From Rhodospirillales bacterium RIFCSPLOWO2_02_FULL_58_16 (lineage in GTDB: Bacteria > Pseudomonadota > Alphaproteobacteria > Rhodospirillales > 2-02-FULL-58-16), in NCBI GenBank assembly GCA_001830425.1, contig MIAA01000014.1, forward strand, positions 13,891 through 77,890: a DNA stretch of 64,000 bases. The letters run 5' to 3'. This document shows, one piece after another, positions 51,111-59,592 of this stretch. The notes under the pieces were generated by a model. It saw only the letters and a list, made by a program, of their open reading frames with translations. It was not told where the DNA came from and searched no databases. A program made the translations under genes and the position numbers. The stretch's first letter is position 1, and each line of letters opens with the position of its first letter.

Positions 51111-51311
51111 GGCTTATCCCGTTGTCCCAGGTGACGAGGATGAACTTAGCAAAGCCGTTGGCGCAGATGGACGCCATAGTCAAAACTCTTCCCAACTCAT
51201 CCTCAATCACGGTATTCCGCACCCCAAACAGAGCAAAAATGGCCCAGAATTACCAAGGCTCTCACCATCGTTCGGGTATGCCGGGCCGAACCTGGGACAA
51301 CGAGATAAGCC
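51111..51311. repeat. 201-bp segment bounded by 21-bp inverted repeats (GGCTTATCCCGTTGTCCCAGG ... CCTGGGACAACGAGATAAGCC; 20/21 match)
   Basis: The inverted repeat is seen directly. The interior has no convincing ORF. It lies at the left edge of the low-GC ParA/RelA-SpoT island. Confidence 0.6.
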
Positions 51312-51483
51312 TTGAGCGGAACCTCAGGTAGTGTAGGAAATGATGAGAAAAATATTCTTATTAATTTCCGTGTGCGGCTGGATGATGTAGCTACAATGCA
51401 GCAAACATAGTAGTATCAGTTCTTATATCTTGGAAATGTGTATTGCATGTCTCGGTAGGTCTGGCTACTCCATTAGGTGAACA

Positions 51484-52587
51484 ATGAAAACCATATCAAT
51501 ATTTAACAATAAGGGCGGTGTTGGTAAAACAACGCTGACTTTTCACTTGGCACATGCTTTAGCTGAAATGAAGCACAAAACGCTTGTCGTCGATTTAGAT
51601 CCCCAATGTAACCTAACTATTCTCGGTATGGATGAAGAAGAACTTCATGAAATATGGTCTGTTGAGGATTCATTTATTGATGATTTCCAAGGGGCAAGAG
51701 AAAAATGTACGCCCGTTGATTTTGATAAGATAATTTCTGAACCTAGATCGGTTCACTTCCTTTTAAAGCCAGCTGAGGATGGTGCTGCAGAAATAGGAAA
51801 GTTGCCACCACCATATAAATTAGCAACTAATTTGGACCTTATCCCAGGTCGTCTCACCATGCATTTATATGAAGATAAGATTGCTGGTCGTTGGAGCGAC
51901 GTATATCAGGGAGACCCCCTCGCGATCCGTACTGTTACCAAACCACGAGAACTTGCCGAGTCTTATGCCAAACAGCATGGGTATGAATATATTATTATGG
52001 ATACATCGCCAAGCCTAGGCACTTTGAACAAGGTAATTATTTCTACAGCAGACGGCTTTCTCATTCCATGTATGCCCGACATGTTTTCTCTATATGGGGT
52101 TCAGAACATTGGGAATGCATTAAGTGTCTGGAAAAAACAATTTGATACAATTTACCATTTACTTTCCTCTGAGAAACGTAAATCCTTTCCGGCCAATTAT
52201 GTGAGACTTCTTGGTTTTACTATTTATAATGCTAAAAAATATTCTGGTAAAGAAAAGCCGTGGAATCTCGCAACAGCGCATTACAATTACGCAAAAAAGA
52301 TTCCTGATGCGATCAATCAATTTATACCATCAGGTGTTAGGGATAGGTTGGAAGAAAAAGCGTTATCGTCCCCTGTAGGCGAAACCGCAATTATGCACAC
52401 TCACAATACCCTCCCCAGTATGGCACAACGCTATCATTTGCCAATGTGGAAAGTCCCATCATGTGATAGTTTGGATAATACCGATGTCTCCACGATAAAA
52501 GGAAACAGAGGTATTTATGAGGATACAAAAAGTAAATACGCCGTGTTTGCGACGGCTCTTTTAACGCGCCTCAAAACTTTAGAATAG
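51484..52587 (+). CDS. ParA/MinD-superfamily (deviant Walker A) ATPase, enlarged (367 aa)
   Basis: MKTISIFNNKGGVGKTTLTFHLA...VVDLDPQCNLT...IIMDTSPSLG. RBS AGGTGA. The DNA is strongly AT-rich. No ParB gene or parS-like repeats are adjacent. Confidence 0.85.
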   Translation: MKTISIFNNKGGVGKTTLTFHLAHALAEMKHKTLVVDLDPQCNLTILGMDEEELHEIWSVEDSFIDDFQGAREKCTPVDFDKIISEPRSVHFLLKPAEDGAAEIGKLPPPYKLATNLDLIPGRLTMHLYEDKIAGRWSDVYQGDPLAIRTVTKPRELAESYAKQHGYEYIIMDTSPSLGTLNKVIISTADGFLIPCMPDMFSLYGVQNIGNALSVWKKQFDTIYHLLSSEKRKSFPANYVRLLGFTIYNAKKYSGKEKPWNLATAHYNYAKKIPDAINQFIPSGVRDRLEEKALSSPVGETAIMHTHNTLPSMAQRYHLPMWKVPSCDSLDNTDVSTIKGNRGIYEDTKSKYAVFATALLTRLKTLE

Positions 52588-52599
52588 GGCGTATGCCCA

Positions 52600-53307
52600 A
52601 TGAAACAGGAAGATTCGAAAGCGATTAGTGCCGTTGCTGCTTTTATTGAGAAGAGGCACGAATTCCAGATTTTCATGGATGGCATCAGCCAGTGGTTTTT
52701 AACTCATCCAAAACTACGACATCCAGATTTTCCCTTTGTTCATTCGGTTAAGGCGCGTCTCAAAAACAATGAACACTTAAAGGAAAAAATTATCCGCAAA
52801 TCTAAGGAGAATATCGAAATTACCAAGGATAATATTTTCGATGAGATTACGGATTTAGCTGGTGTACGGGTTCTTCACTTATATCAAGATCAATTTCGAA
52901 CAATCCATGAAGAATTTCTCGTTAAGGTAAATAAACTGCATGACTGGTATCTACCTGAACATCCAAAGGCGTACACTTGGGATCCAGAGTCGATACAATT
53001 TTTTGAGAACCAAAATATAAAGGTTGAGATTAAGGAAAGTTTCTACACGAGCGTTCATTACCTCGTGAAACCGAGAGAAGATTCGCTCATATGCTGTGAA
53101 ATTCAGGTGCGTACATTGTTTGAAGAAATTTGGGGCGAAATTGATCATGTCCTGAACTACCCTCGACAATCACTCAACTTATCATGCCGTGAACAGCTGT
53201 TGGTTTTGGCAAAACTTGTGGGTGCGGGAAGCCGCCTTGCTGATTCTATTTTCAGAAGCTCTACGGAAAACAACAATTCAAAACATTGGGGCGACCCCGC
53301 CTCTTGA
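52600..53307 (+). CDS. RelA/SpoT-domain protein (synthetase-only, small-alarmone-synthetase/toxSAS-like nucleotide pyrophosphokinase)
   Basis: 235 aa, 12 nt after the ParA-like stop. Motifs: SVKARLKNNEHLKEKIIRK, DLAGVRVLHLY, YTSVHYLV, EIQVRTLFEEIWGEIDH. No HD hydrolase domain. Confidence 0.85.
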   Translation: MKQEDSKAISAVAAFIEKRHEFQIFMDGISQWFLTHPKLRHPDFPFVHSVKARLKNNEHLKEKIIRKSKENIEITKDNIFDEITDLAGVRVLHLYQDQFRTIHEEFLVKVNKLHDWYLPEHPKAYTWDPESIQFFENQNIKVEIKESFYTSVHYLVKPREDSLICCEIQVRTLFEEIWGEIDHVLNYPRQSLNLSCREQLLVLAKLVGAGSRLADSIFRSSTENNNSKHWGDPAS

Positions 53308-53340
53308 CGCCGGGAGTCAACCGGCGTTACCCTCTCCTTC

Positions 53341-53604
53341 ATGACGGCAATCACCTTTGATACCCTGAAGTTCGTGGAGCGGCTGAAGGCGGCGGGCATT
53401 CCCGAAGCTCACGCTAAAGCCGAGGCTGAGGCGCTAATCGAGGCCCTGTCCGAGTCGGCGACTAATTCTCTGGCCACCAAACGGGATGTCAGCCGCATCG
53501 AAGTAAAGCTTGTGGAACACGACGGCGAGTTCAAACTCATCAAGTGGATGCTGGGCATCCTCATGGCGGGCGTGATGTCGCTGATCATTAAGTCCTTTTT
53601 CTAG
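53341..53604 (+). CDS. DUF1640-like coiled-coil protein with a C-terminal TM helix
   Basis: 87 aa. FDTLKFVERLKAAGIPEAHAKAEAEAL...KWMLGILMAGVMSLIIK. Confidence 0.65.
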   Translation: MTAITFDTLKFVERLKAAGIPEAHAKAEAEALIEALSESATNSLATKRDVSRIEVKLVEHDGEFKLIKWMLGILMAGVMSLIIKSFF

Positions 53605-53700
53605 AATATCCGTCATAGATTCGGAATCTTTGCAGACGATGCTTGATCATCGGCCCATTCAACCGTGATAATGAGCGGGTAGCGGACACATGGGAATCCG

Positions 53701-54150
53701 ATGAAAAGCCTCGTCATTGCCTTTGCCATCCTGATGATGATCGCCGGCGGTACGGTAAGCGTACTGAAATGGCTTAAAATCGGCCCGTTCGCAGTCCAGG
53801 AGGAAGTGGTCGAGCAGGCGCCTCCCGAGCCGCCGGTTTTTATCGATATCGACCCGCTGACCATTCCCGTTTTTCAGGGAGACAAGGTAGCGGTCACTTT
53901 CCAGGTGCAAATCAAGCTTGAAACCGTGGGCGCCGCCAATGACGCCGTCATCCGCAGGCAGATTCCCCGCATCAGCGACGCTTTTTTGCGTGAACTTTAT
54001 TCTTTTATCCCGGTCCACCTCAAAAAAAATGAGCAGCTCGATTTCGAGGCCATCAGGCAGCGCCTGCTGAGAGTCAGCGACAAGGTGGCGGGGAAAGGAG
54101 TAATCACCAACGTCCTCATTCAATCGGCAACCGCCACCCCCGGCCGCTGA
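53701..54150 (+). CDS. FliL-like (flagellar basal-body-associated family) membrane protein
   Basis: 149 aa. N-terminal TM helix, then IDIDPLTIPVFQGDKVAVTFQVQIKLE...ISDAFLRELY, which is FliL-like. Confidence 0.55.
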   Translation: MKSLVIAFAILMMIAGGTVSVLKWLKIGPFAVQEEVVEQAPPEPPVFIDIDPLTIPVFQGDKVAVTFQVQIKLETVGAANDAVIRRQIPRISDAFLRELYSFIPVHLKKNEQLDFEAIRQRLLRVSDKVAGKGVITNVLIQSATATPGR

Positions 54151-54158
54151 TATGCTCC

Positions 54159-55004
54159 ATGAACCGTAAACGTTTTTCGCTCGTAAAAACCATCGGATTC
54201 AAAAGCTGTCTGGATGTCGTTGACATCGGGGCCAATCCCATAGACGGCGAGGCTCCTTACAAGCGGCTTCTTGATTCGGGACATGCGCTGGTCGTCGGCT
54301 TTGAGCCGAATCCTGACGCCATGAAGATACTGAACGAAAAGAAGGGCCGGAACGAAACCTATCTGCCTTATGCCGTATTTGACGGAAACGTACATCAGTT
54401 CCGTGTTTGCCAATCGCCCGGAATGTCGTCGTTGCTGGAGCCTGACCGGGATATTCTCCGGTATTTCCACGGATTTCCCGATTGGGGGACCGTAAATGAA
54501 CGTCGTGAAATTAAAACCGTGCGCCTTGACGACATCAAAGAAATAAAGAGCATTGATTACCTGAAAATTGATATTCAAGGCGGAGAACTGGAGGTTTTCA
54601 GGAACGGCGTCGGGCAATTGGCGAATTGTCTGGTTATCCATGCCGAGGTCGAATTCCTTCCCATGTACGAAAACCAGCCGCTTTTCTCGGAGGTTGAGAT
54701 ATTCCTTCGCGGACAAGGATTTCTATTCCACCGCTTCGCGCCGTTGGCAAGTCGGGCGGTTCAACCGATGCTCGTAGATAACGATATCCATAAGGGATTG
54801 GGCCAAATATTCTGGGCGGACGCTGTTTTTATCCGTGATTTCACCAAGCTGGACGCGCTAAGTCCGTTACGGCTCAAAAAAATGGCGCTAATTCTCCATG
54901 ATATCTACGGCTCCTGCGATCTGGCGCTTCGCTGCCTCATGGCTTGCGACGGCAAGATGCAAAACGGACTTGCGGAAAAATATATGAAAGCTTTGTCCGA
55001 TTAA
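54159..55004 (+). CDS. FkbM-family methyltransferase
   Basis: 281 aa. VVDIGANPIDG...IDYLKIDIQGGELEVF. Confidence 0.8.
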   Translation: MNRKRFSLVKTIGFKSCLDVVDIGANPIDGEAPYKRLLDSGHALVVGFEPNPDAMKILNEKKGRNETYLPYAVFDGNVHQFRVCQSPGMSSLLEPDRDILRYFHGFPDWGTVNERREIKTVRLDDIKEIKSIDYLKIDIQGGELEVFRNGVGQLANCLVIHAEVEFLPMYENQPLFSEVEIFLRGQGFLFHRFAPLASRAVQPMLVDNDIHKGLGQIFWADAVFIRDFTKLDALSPLRLKKMALILHDIYGSCDLALRCLMACDGKMQNGLAEKYMKALSD

Positions 55005-55149
55005 TCCTGATGCGTTTAACATATATTGCTTTATCATAACGGTTCTGGCATTTTCCCCGCTGCTTTTAGCGGCAATATGAGGATATTTTGCCGTCTTTCC
55101 CGGTCGCCGATTCTCGGCGAAATACCCCAAAAGTAAAAGGTTTATAGAC

Positions 55150-57240
55150 ATGTCGATTTTGTTTTTAGTTATTGGCTGTAGCTTGTTGGCGCTTCTCTAC
55201 GGCGCTTATGCGACTAATTCCGTATTATCGGCGCCGGCCGGCAATGATCGTATGCAGCAGATTTCCGCCGCCATCCAGGAAGGCGCGCGCGCCTACCTTA
55301 ACCGTCAGTACAGCACCATCGCCATGGTCGGCGTCGGCGTCGGCATTCTTCTCGGCCTCACCCTCGGAGTAACGGCGGCCGGCGGCTTCTTCATCGGCGC
55401 CGTTCTTTCGGGAGCCACCGGATATATCGGCATGAACGTCTCCGTCCGCGCCAATGTCCGCACCGCCGAAGCGTCCCGCATCGTCGGCCTCGCCGGAGGG
55501 CTGGAGATCGCCTTCAAATCGGGCGCCATCACCGGCATGCTGGTCGTCGGCCTGGCCCTGTTCGGGGTGGCCGGATACTACGCGATCCTGCTCAATATCT
55601 TTGACAGCGACACGCCGGAAGGCCTGCGCCACATTCTTGAAGCCTTGCTGGCTCTCGGCTTCGGCGGCTCCCTGATTTCAATCTTTGCCCGTCTCGGCGG
55701 CGGCATCTTCACCAAGGGCGCCGACGTCGGCACCGATCTGGTCGGCAAGATCGAAGCCGGAATTCCTGAAGACGACCCCCGCAATCCCGGCGTCATCGCC
55801 GACAACGTCGGCGACAACGTCGGCGACTGCGCCGGCATGGCCGCCGACTTGTTCGAGACCTACGCGGTGACGATTGTCGCCACCATGCTGCTCGGCGCCA
55901 TTTTCTTTACCGGCGACGCCCAAAAGACTCTGATGATGCTGCCGCTGCTTATCGGCGGCGTGTGCATCATCGGCTCGGTGATCGCCACCTTTTTCGTCAA
56001 GCTCGGGCCTTCCAACAACATCATGGGGGCGCTGTACAAGGGCTTTATCGCCAGCGCCGTGATCTCGGCCATCCTGATTACCGGCGTGGTCGCCTCATTC
56101 CTCGGCTACCACACGACATTCAAAGCCGATGGAATATCCTTCACCGGCATCGACCTGCTGATCTGCGCCTTTACCGGGCTGGTCGTGACCGGCCTGATCG
56201 TCTGGATCACCGAATACTACACCGGCACCCATCACCGCCCGGTGCAGAGCCTGGCCGCCGCCTCAAGGACCGGCGACGCCACCAACATCATCCAGGGATT
56301 GGCTATCTCCATGGAATCGACGGCGCTGCCGGTGCTGGTGATCAGCGGCGGCATTATAATTTCCCATCTTACCGCCGGCCTTTACGGCATTTCCATCGCC
56401 GCCACCACCATGCTGGCCCTGGCCGGCATAGTCGTTGCGCTTGACGCCTTCGGGCCGGTGACCGACAACGCCGGCGGCATCGCCGAGATGGCGAACCTGC
56501 CGGAAGAGGTGCGCAAAGTAACCGACGCCCTGGACGCAGTCGGCAACACCACCAAAGCGGTCACCAAGGGCTACGCCATCGGTTCCGCCGGCCTTGCCGC
56601 CCTGGTCCTGTTCGCCGCCTATACCGAGGACCTGAAGCACTATTTCCCGAATCTGGAAGTGACCTTCAAACTTCAAGACCCGTTCGTCGTCGTCGGTCTT
56701 TTCATCGGCGGCATGTTGCCCTTCCTGTTCGGCTCCATGGGTATGATGGCCGTGGGCCGCGCCGGCGGGGAACTGGTGGTTGAAATCCGTCGCCAGTTCA
56801 AGGAAATACCGGGCATCATGGAAGGCACAGGAAAGCCCGAATACGGGACTTGCGTCGATATGCTGACCAGGACGGCGATCAGGGAGATGATCGTTCCCTC
56901 CCTGCTGCCGGTTCTGGCCCCCGTGGCGATGTACTTCGTGGTCAACCTCATCGCCGGTCAGGCGGCGGCTTTTTCGGCCTTGGGCGCGATGCTTCTCGGA
57001 ACCATCGTCACCGGCCTGTTCGTCGCCATCTCGATGACGTCCGGCGGCGGCGCCTGGGATAACGCCAAGAAATACATCGAAGACGGCAACTACGGCGGCA
57101 AAGGCTCCGCCGCCCACAAGGCGGCAGTTACCGGCGACACCGTCGGCGACCCTTACAAGGACACCGCCGGTCCCGCCATCAACCCGATGATCAAGATCAT
57201 CAACATCGTCGCCATTCTGCTGCTGGCCATCCTCGCCTGA
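55150..57240 (+). CDS. hppA: H+-translocating (K+-insensitive type) membrane pyrophosphatase
   Basis: 696 aa. [33 protein letters not shown] and DNAKKYIE...[22 protein letters not shown]. Confidence 0.96.
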   Translation: MSILFLVIGCSLLALLYGAYATNSVLSAPAGNDRMQQISAAIQEGARAYLNRQYSTIAMVGVGVGILLGLTLGVTAAGGFFIGAVLSGATGYIGMNVSVRANVRTAEASRIVGLAGGLEIAFKSGAITGMLVVGLALFGVAGYYAILLNIFDSDTPEGLRHILEALLALGFGGSLISIFARLGGGIFTKGADVGTDLVGKIEAGIPEDDPRNPGVIADNVGDNVGDCAGMAADLFETYAVTIVATMLLGAIFFTGDAQKTLMMLPLLIGGVCIIGSVIATFFVKLGPSNNIMGALYKGFIASAVISAILITGVVASFLGYHTTFKADGISFTGIDLLICAFTGLVVTGLIVWITEYYTGTHHRPVQSLAAASRTGDATNIIQGLAISMESTALPVLVISGGIIISHLTAGLYGISIAATTMLALAGIVVALDAFGPVTDNAGGIAEMANLPEEVRKVTDALDAVGNTTKAVTKGYAIGSAGLAALVLFAAYTEDLKHYFPNLEVTFKLQDPFVVVGLFIGGMLPFLFGSMGMMAVGRAGGELVVEIRRQFKEIPGIMEGTGKPEYGTCVDMLTRTAIREMIVPSLLPVLAPVAMYFVVNLIAGQAAAFSALGAMLLGTIVTGLFVAISMTSGGGAWDNAKKYIEDGNYGGKGSAAHKAAVTGDTVGDPYKDTAGPAINPMIKIINIVAILLLAILA

Positions 57241-57265
57241 GCATGACTTGCCGAACGGCTGAAAA

Positions 57266-57296
57266 CCCCGGAAGACAGGTTCTTCCGGGGTTTTTT
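57266..57296 (+). terminator. rho-independent terminator after hppA
   Basis: Stem CCCCGGAAGA / TCTTCCGGGG with loop CAGGT, followed by TTTTTT. Confidence 0.85.
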
Positions 57297-57379
57297 ATAC
57301 ACAGTCAATTCAATTCCTGTTGAGCGCCGGGCCGAAATAGAACAAACTTGACGGGTCAAGCCGAACCCGCACGGGAAAC

Positions 57380-58276
57380 ATGAGAAAGATGCAGGCCCAG
57401 GCCGCGATATCAATGAGGCGTTTTGTCGCCGTCGTGGCGGTTGCTTCGGCGTTTATCCACGTTGCCTCCGGCGCACGGGCCGGCTCGGCGCCGGAAAGAA
57501 GCTCAATCGTCAGTTCCATACACAAGCTCTTATCCGACCGGGGCGGCGAAGAGGCCGTAAGGCTGAACAGGGAAACCGCCAGATCATACTATCTGGAGGG
57601 ATTGAATCAGCGCAAAGGAACGGACGGCTCCGTCCTGTGCATCAATGACGGCAAGGATTTGCTGGTCCCGGAAACCTCCGTTCCCGTTACTTCGTACAAG
57701 GGCATTCCCATTCTGGGCAGCCCGTACCCGGCAAGCGCCCCCCGCAAGGAGGCGGCCAACATCAACGACGCCTACCTGAAGGAGACCATAAAGGCCTTGA
57801 AGGTCATCGAAACCCATACCCCGAAAATATTTGAAGACATATCGGCGGTCTTCAAAAATTCCGGCGGATACATAACTTTTCAGAATTTTTGCACCAGTGA
57901 CGGCCTGACCCTGGCGAGATTCAACGCCCTGTCCGACGGCAAGAACAAGTTCTTCACGGTAATGCTGTCGTCGTCGCTGATTTTTTTTCCGGAATTTTTC
58001 AATGAATTCGATATCGCCTCGGCGCTGGTCCATGAGGCCTATGGCCATGCCTGGGAATACTACGAAACAGGATCGACCAACGAGGACAAGGCGTTCACCG
58101 CCCAGATGAGGTTCGCCGAATTGGTCGGCGACGACAAATTTCTGGACACCCGCCACACTTCCGAGAACCTGAAGTACAAGATCAAAATGTCTTTGACCAC
58201 ATCCGGCAATTATGTGAACAAGCCCGACAAGTCCCTCAACCAATCAAGAAACTACTCGGGCAACGGCGCTCGCTAA
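57380..58276 (+). CDS. hypothetical exported protein with an HEAYGH (HExxxH) motif
   Basis: 298 aa. Signal-like N-terminus (RRFVAVVAVASAFIHVASGARAG). ALVHEAYGHAWEYYE could be a metal-binding site. No family recognised. Confidence 0.55.
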   Translation: MRKMQAQAAISMRRFVAVVAVASAFIHVASGARAGSAPERSSIVSSIHKLLSDRGGEEAVRLNRETARSYYLEGLNQRKGTDGSVLCINDGKDLLVPETSVPVTSYKGIPILGSPYPASAPRKEAANINDAYLKETIKALKVIETHTPKIFEDISAVFKNSGGYITFQNFCTSDGLTLARFNALSDGKNKFFTVMLSSSLIFFPEFFNEFDIASALVHEAYGHAWEYYETGSTNEDKAFTAQMRFAELVGDDKFLDTRHTSENLKYKIKMSLTTSGNYVNKPDKSLNQSRNYSGNGAR

Positions 58277-58869
58277 TGGGCAACGGCGCCGCTTTCAACG
58301 GCCATGCCGTCTTTATCGACGACCCGAAGATCAAGGTTCCAGCCGGCTTTTGACGTTACCTCCACCAGCAGATGGCAAAAGGCGTGAAACAGCTTTTCAT
58401 CGAGAAAAAGATGAAACGATTTTCCGTTCTGCAAATTAAACACCAGCCCCAGCCTGCCGTCCTTATGCATGCCGCCGGATACTCCGATAATAAGATTGAT
58501 CGTCGCATCGTCGTGCGCGACTTCGGCGGCGGGGCTGTTTTCACGCGGCGGCGAAGGGGTTTGCCGGGCGGGGCCGGGGGCATCGGCAGGGGGAGCCGCC
58601 GTTTTCAGCAATTCCTCCTTGAATGATTCGGTCGAGAACGCGCTCTTTTCCAGAGCATCCTGATGGCGCATGGAGAGAACGGCTTTCCTGATCTGGCCGT
58701 CCAGGTGTTTTCTTATGTCGGGGAAATTTTCGAGGTTTACGACCAGCGGCTTCCATATAATCCGGACAAAACGACGGGTCATCCAGAAACGATGTTTTCC
58801 CTGCGCGGTGAAAACGATCAACAGCACCCGATCATCGATCTGCGAATAAACCATCGAGATCTTCTGCAT
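58273..58869 (-). CDS. hypothetical protein with two similar halves separated by a Pro/Ala-rich linker
   Basis: The ORF extends to TTG 58983. I prefer ATG 58869 (MQKISMVYS...). The halves are RVLLIVFTAQGKHRFWMTRRFVRIIWKPLV and RLGLVFNLQNGKSFHLFLDEKLFHAFCHLLV. Confidence 0.45.
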   Translation of the reverse strand: MQKISMVYSQIDDRVLLIVFTAQGKHRFWMTRRFVRIIWKPLVVNLENFPDIRKHLDGQIRKAVLSMRHQDALEKSAFSTESFKEELLKTAAPPADAPGPARQTPSPPRENSPAAEVAHDDATINLIIGVSGGMHKDGRLGLVFNLQNGKSFHLFLDEKLFHAFCHLLVEVTSKAGWNLDLRVVDKDGMAVESGAVAH

Positions 58870-59085
58870 GGCGATCTGCTGTTGTTTCGGGTGTAACTGT
58901 GTCAAGGCGATCCCTTTACGTTGCCGGTCCCAAGCTTCTCCTGCGCCGCGTCTCCATAGTATCAAAACATCATAAAAGGTCAAAAAAGCTTATGCCGCGA
59001 AAGACATTATCGACTTGTTCGGCAACCGTAAACGACCTACGATCTTTTCTACCTTCTTGATGATGCCGATGTAGTGGAGGCGCGG

Positions 59086-59292
59086 ATGAAATGGCTGCTG
59101 GTAATCGTCCTTGCTTCATCGGCGGGAGATATCGGGCACGAGCCGGTCTTGTTCAAAACCCGATCCGAGTGCGTTGCCGCCGCCGAGGCGTTTGTAGGGA
59201 AATATCCCGCTTTTGAATTGCGTGATAATCAAACGGTGGAAGCCCCCGTTATTCGCTCGTATGTAGAATGCGTCCCTGAAACTTCCGACTAG
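59086..59292 (+). CDS. hypothetical small exported protein
   Basis: MKWLLVIVLASSAG..., 68 aa, two Cys. GGAGG lies upstream of ATG 59086. Confidence 0.4.
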   Translation: MKWLLVIVLASSAGDIGHEPVLFKTRSECVAAAEAFVGKYPAFELRDNQTVEAPVIRSYVECVPETSD

Positions 59293-59295
59293 ATC

Positions 59296-59492
59296 GCATC
59301 AGGATTGATTGGAATCGCCGCTGTGGGCCACGCCTAACCGTCTTTGCGAGGATTGCAAGAAGCGAAGCGACGAAGCAAGACGAAGCAATCCAGAGAGCAT
59401 CCACCACCACTGGATTGCTTCCCGCGTCGCTGATGCTCGCGGTCGCAATGACGCCGATATGCACCGCAGGTGATCCTGATCAATCCTGACGC
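59296..59492. repeat. ~200-bp imperfect palindrome / candidate structured RNA or MITE-like element
   Basis: Outer arms are GCATCAGGATTGAT (59296-59309) and ATCAATCCTGACGC (59479-59492). The inner perfect stem is GAAGCAATCC (59382-59391) / GGATTGCTTC (59412-59421) with a 20-nt loop. A further pairing is GCGACG/CGTCGC. Confidence 0.55.
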
Positions 59493-59592
59493 GCTCTAAG
59501 TTCCGTGTATGAGAAGCAGGATTTTACCTGCTATGCTATTGTCAGGTTGTTCGGCATTTTGTCATCAATTGATGCAATGGAGTGCGACCGCG

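Noticed and set aside
51088-51331. Two overlapping plus-strand ORFs (75 and 69 aa) inside the inverted-repeat element
   Set aside because: They have no RBS and no family resemblance. They span the repeat arms, so I treat the region as non-coding repeat DNA.
51340-51390. 16-codon hydrophobic mini-ORF (MMRKIFLLISVCGWMM) upstream of the ParA-like gene, considered as a leader peptide or type I toxin-like peptide
   Set aside because: It is too short to support from sequence alone, and the AGGA-to-ATG spacing is poor. It could be revisited with ribosome-profiling data.
53307-53327. Hairpin ACGCCGG-GAGTCAA-CCGGCGT right after the RelA/SpoT-like gene, considered as a terminator
   Set aside because: It has no downstream U-tract, the stem is only 7 bp, and the next gene starts 14 nt later. 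This is not strong enough to call.
58870-58983. TTG-initiated N-terminal extension of the 58273..58869 hypothetical gene
   Set aside because: TTG is a weak start with no RBS, and an internal ATG gives a product beginning at the first of the two repeated halves. The call is uncertain either way.
59249-59464. 71-aa minus-strand ORF across the palindromic region
   Set aside because: It has no RBS, it is embedded in a self-complementary repeat, and the amino-acid sequence is uninformative.
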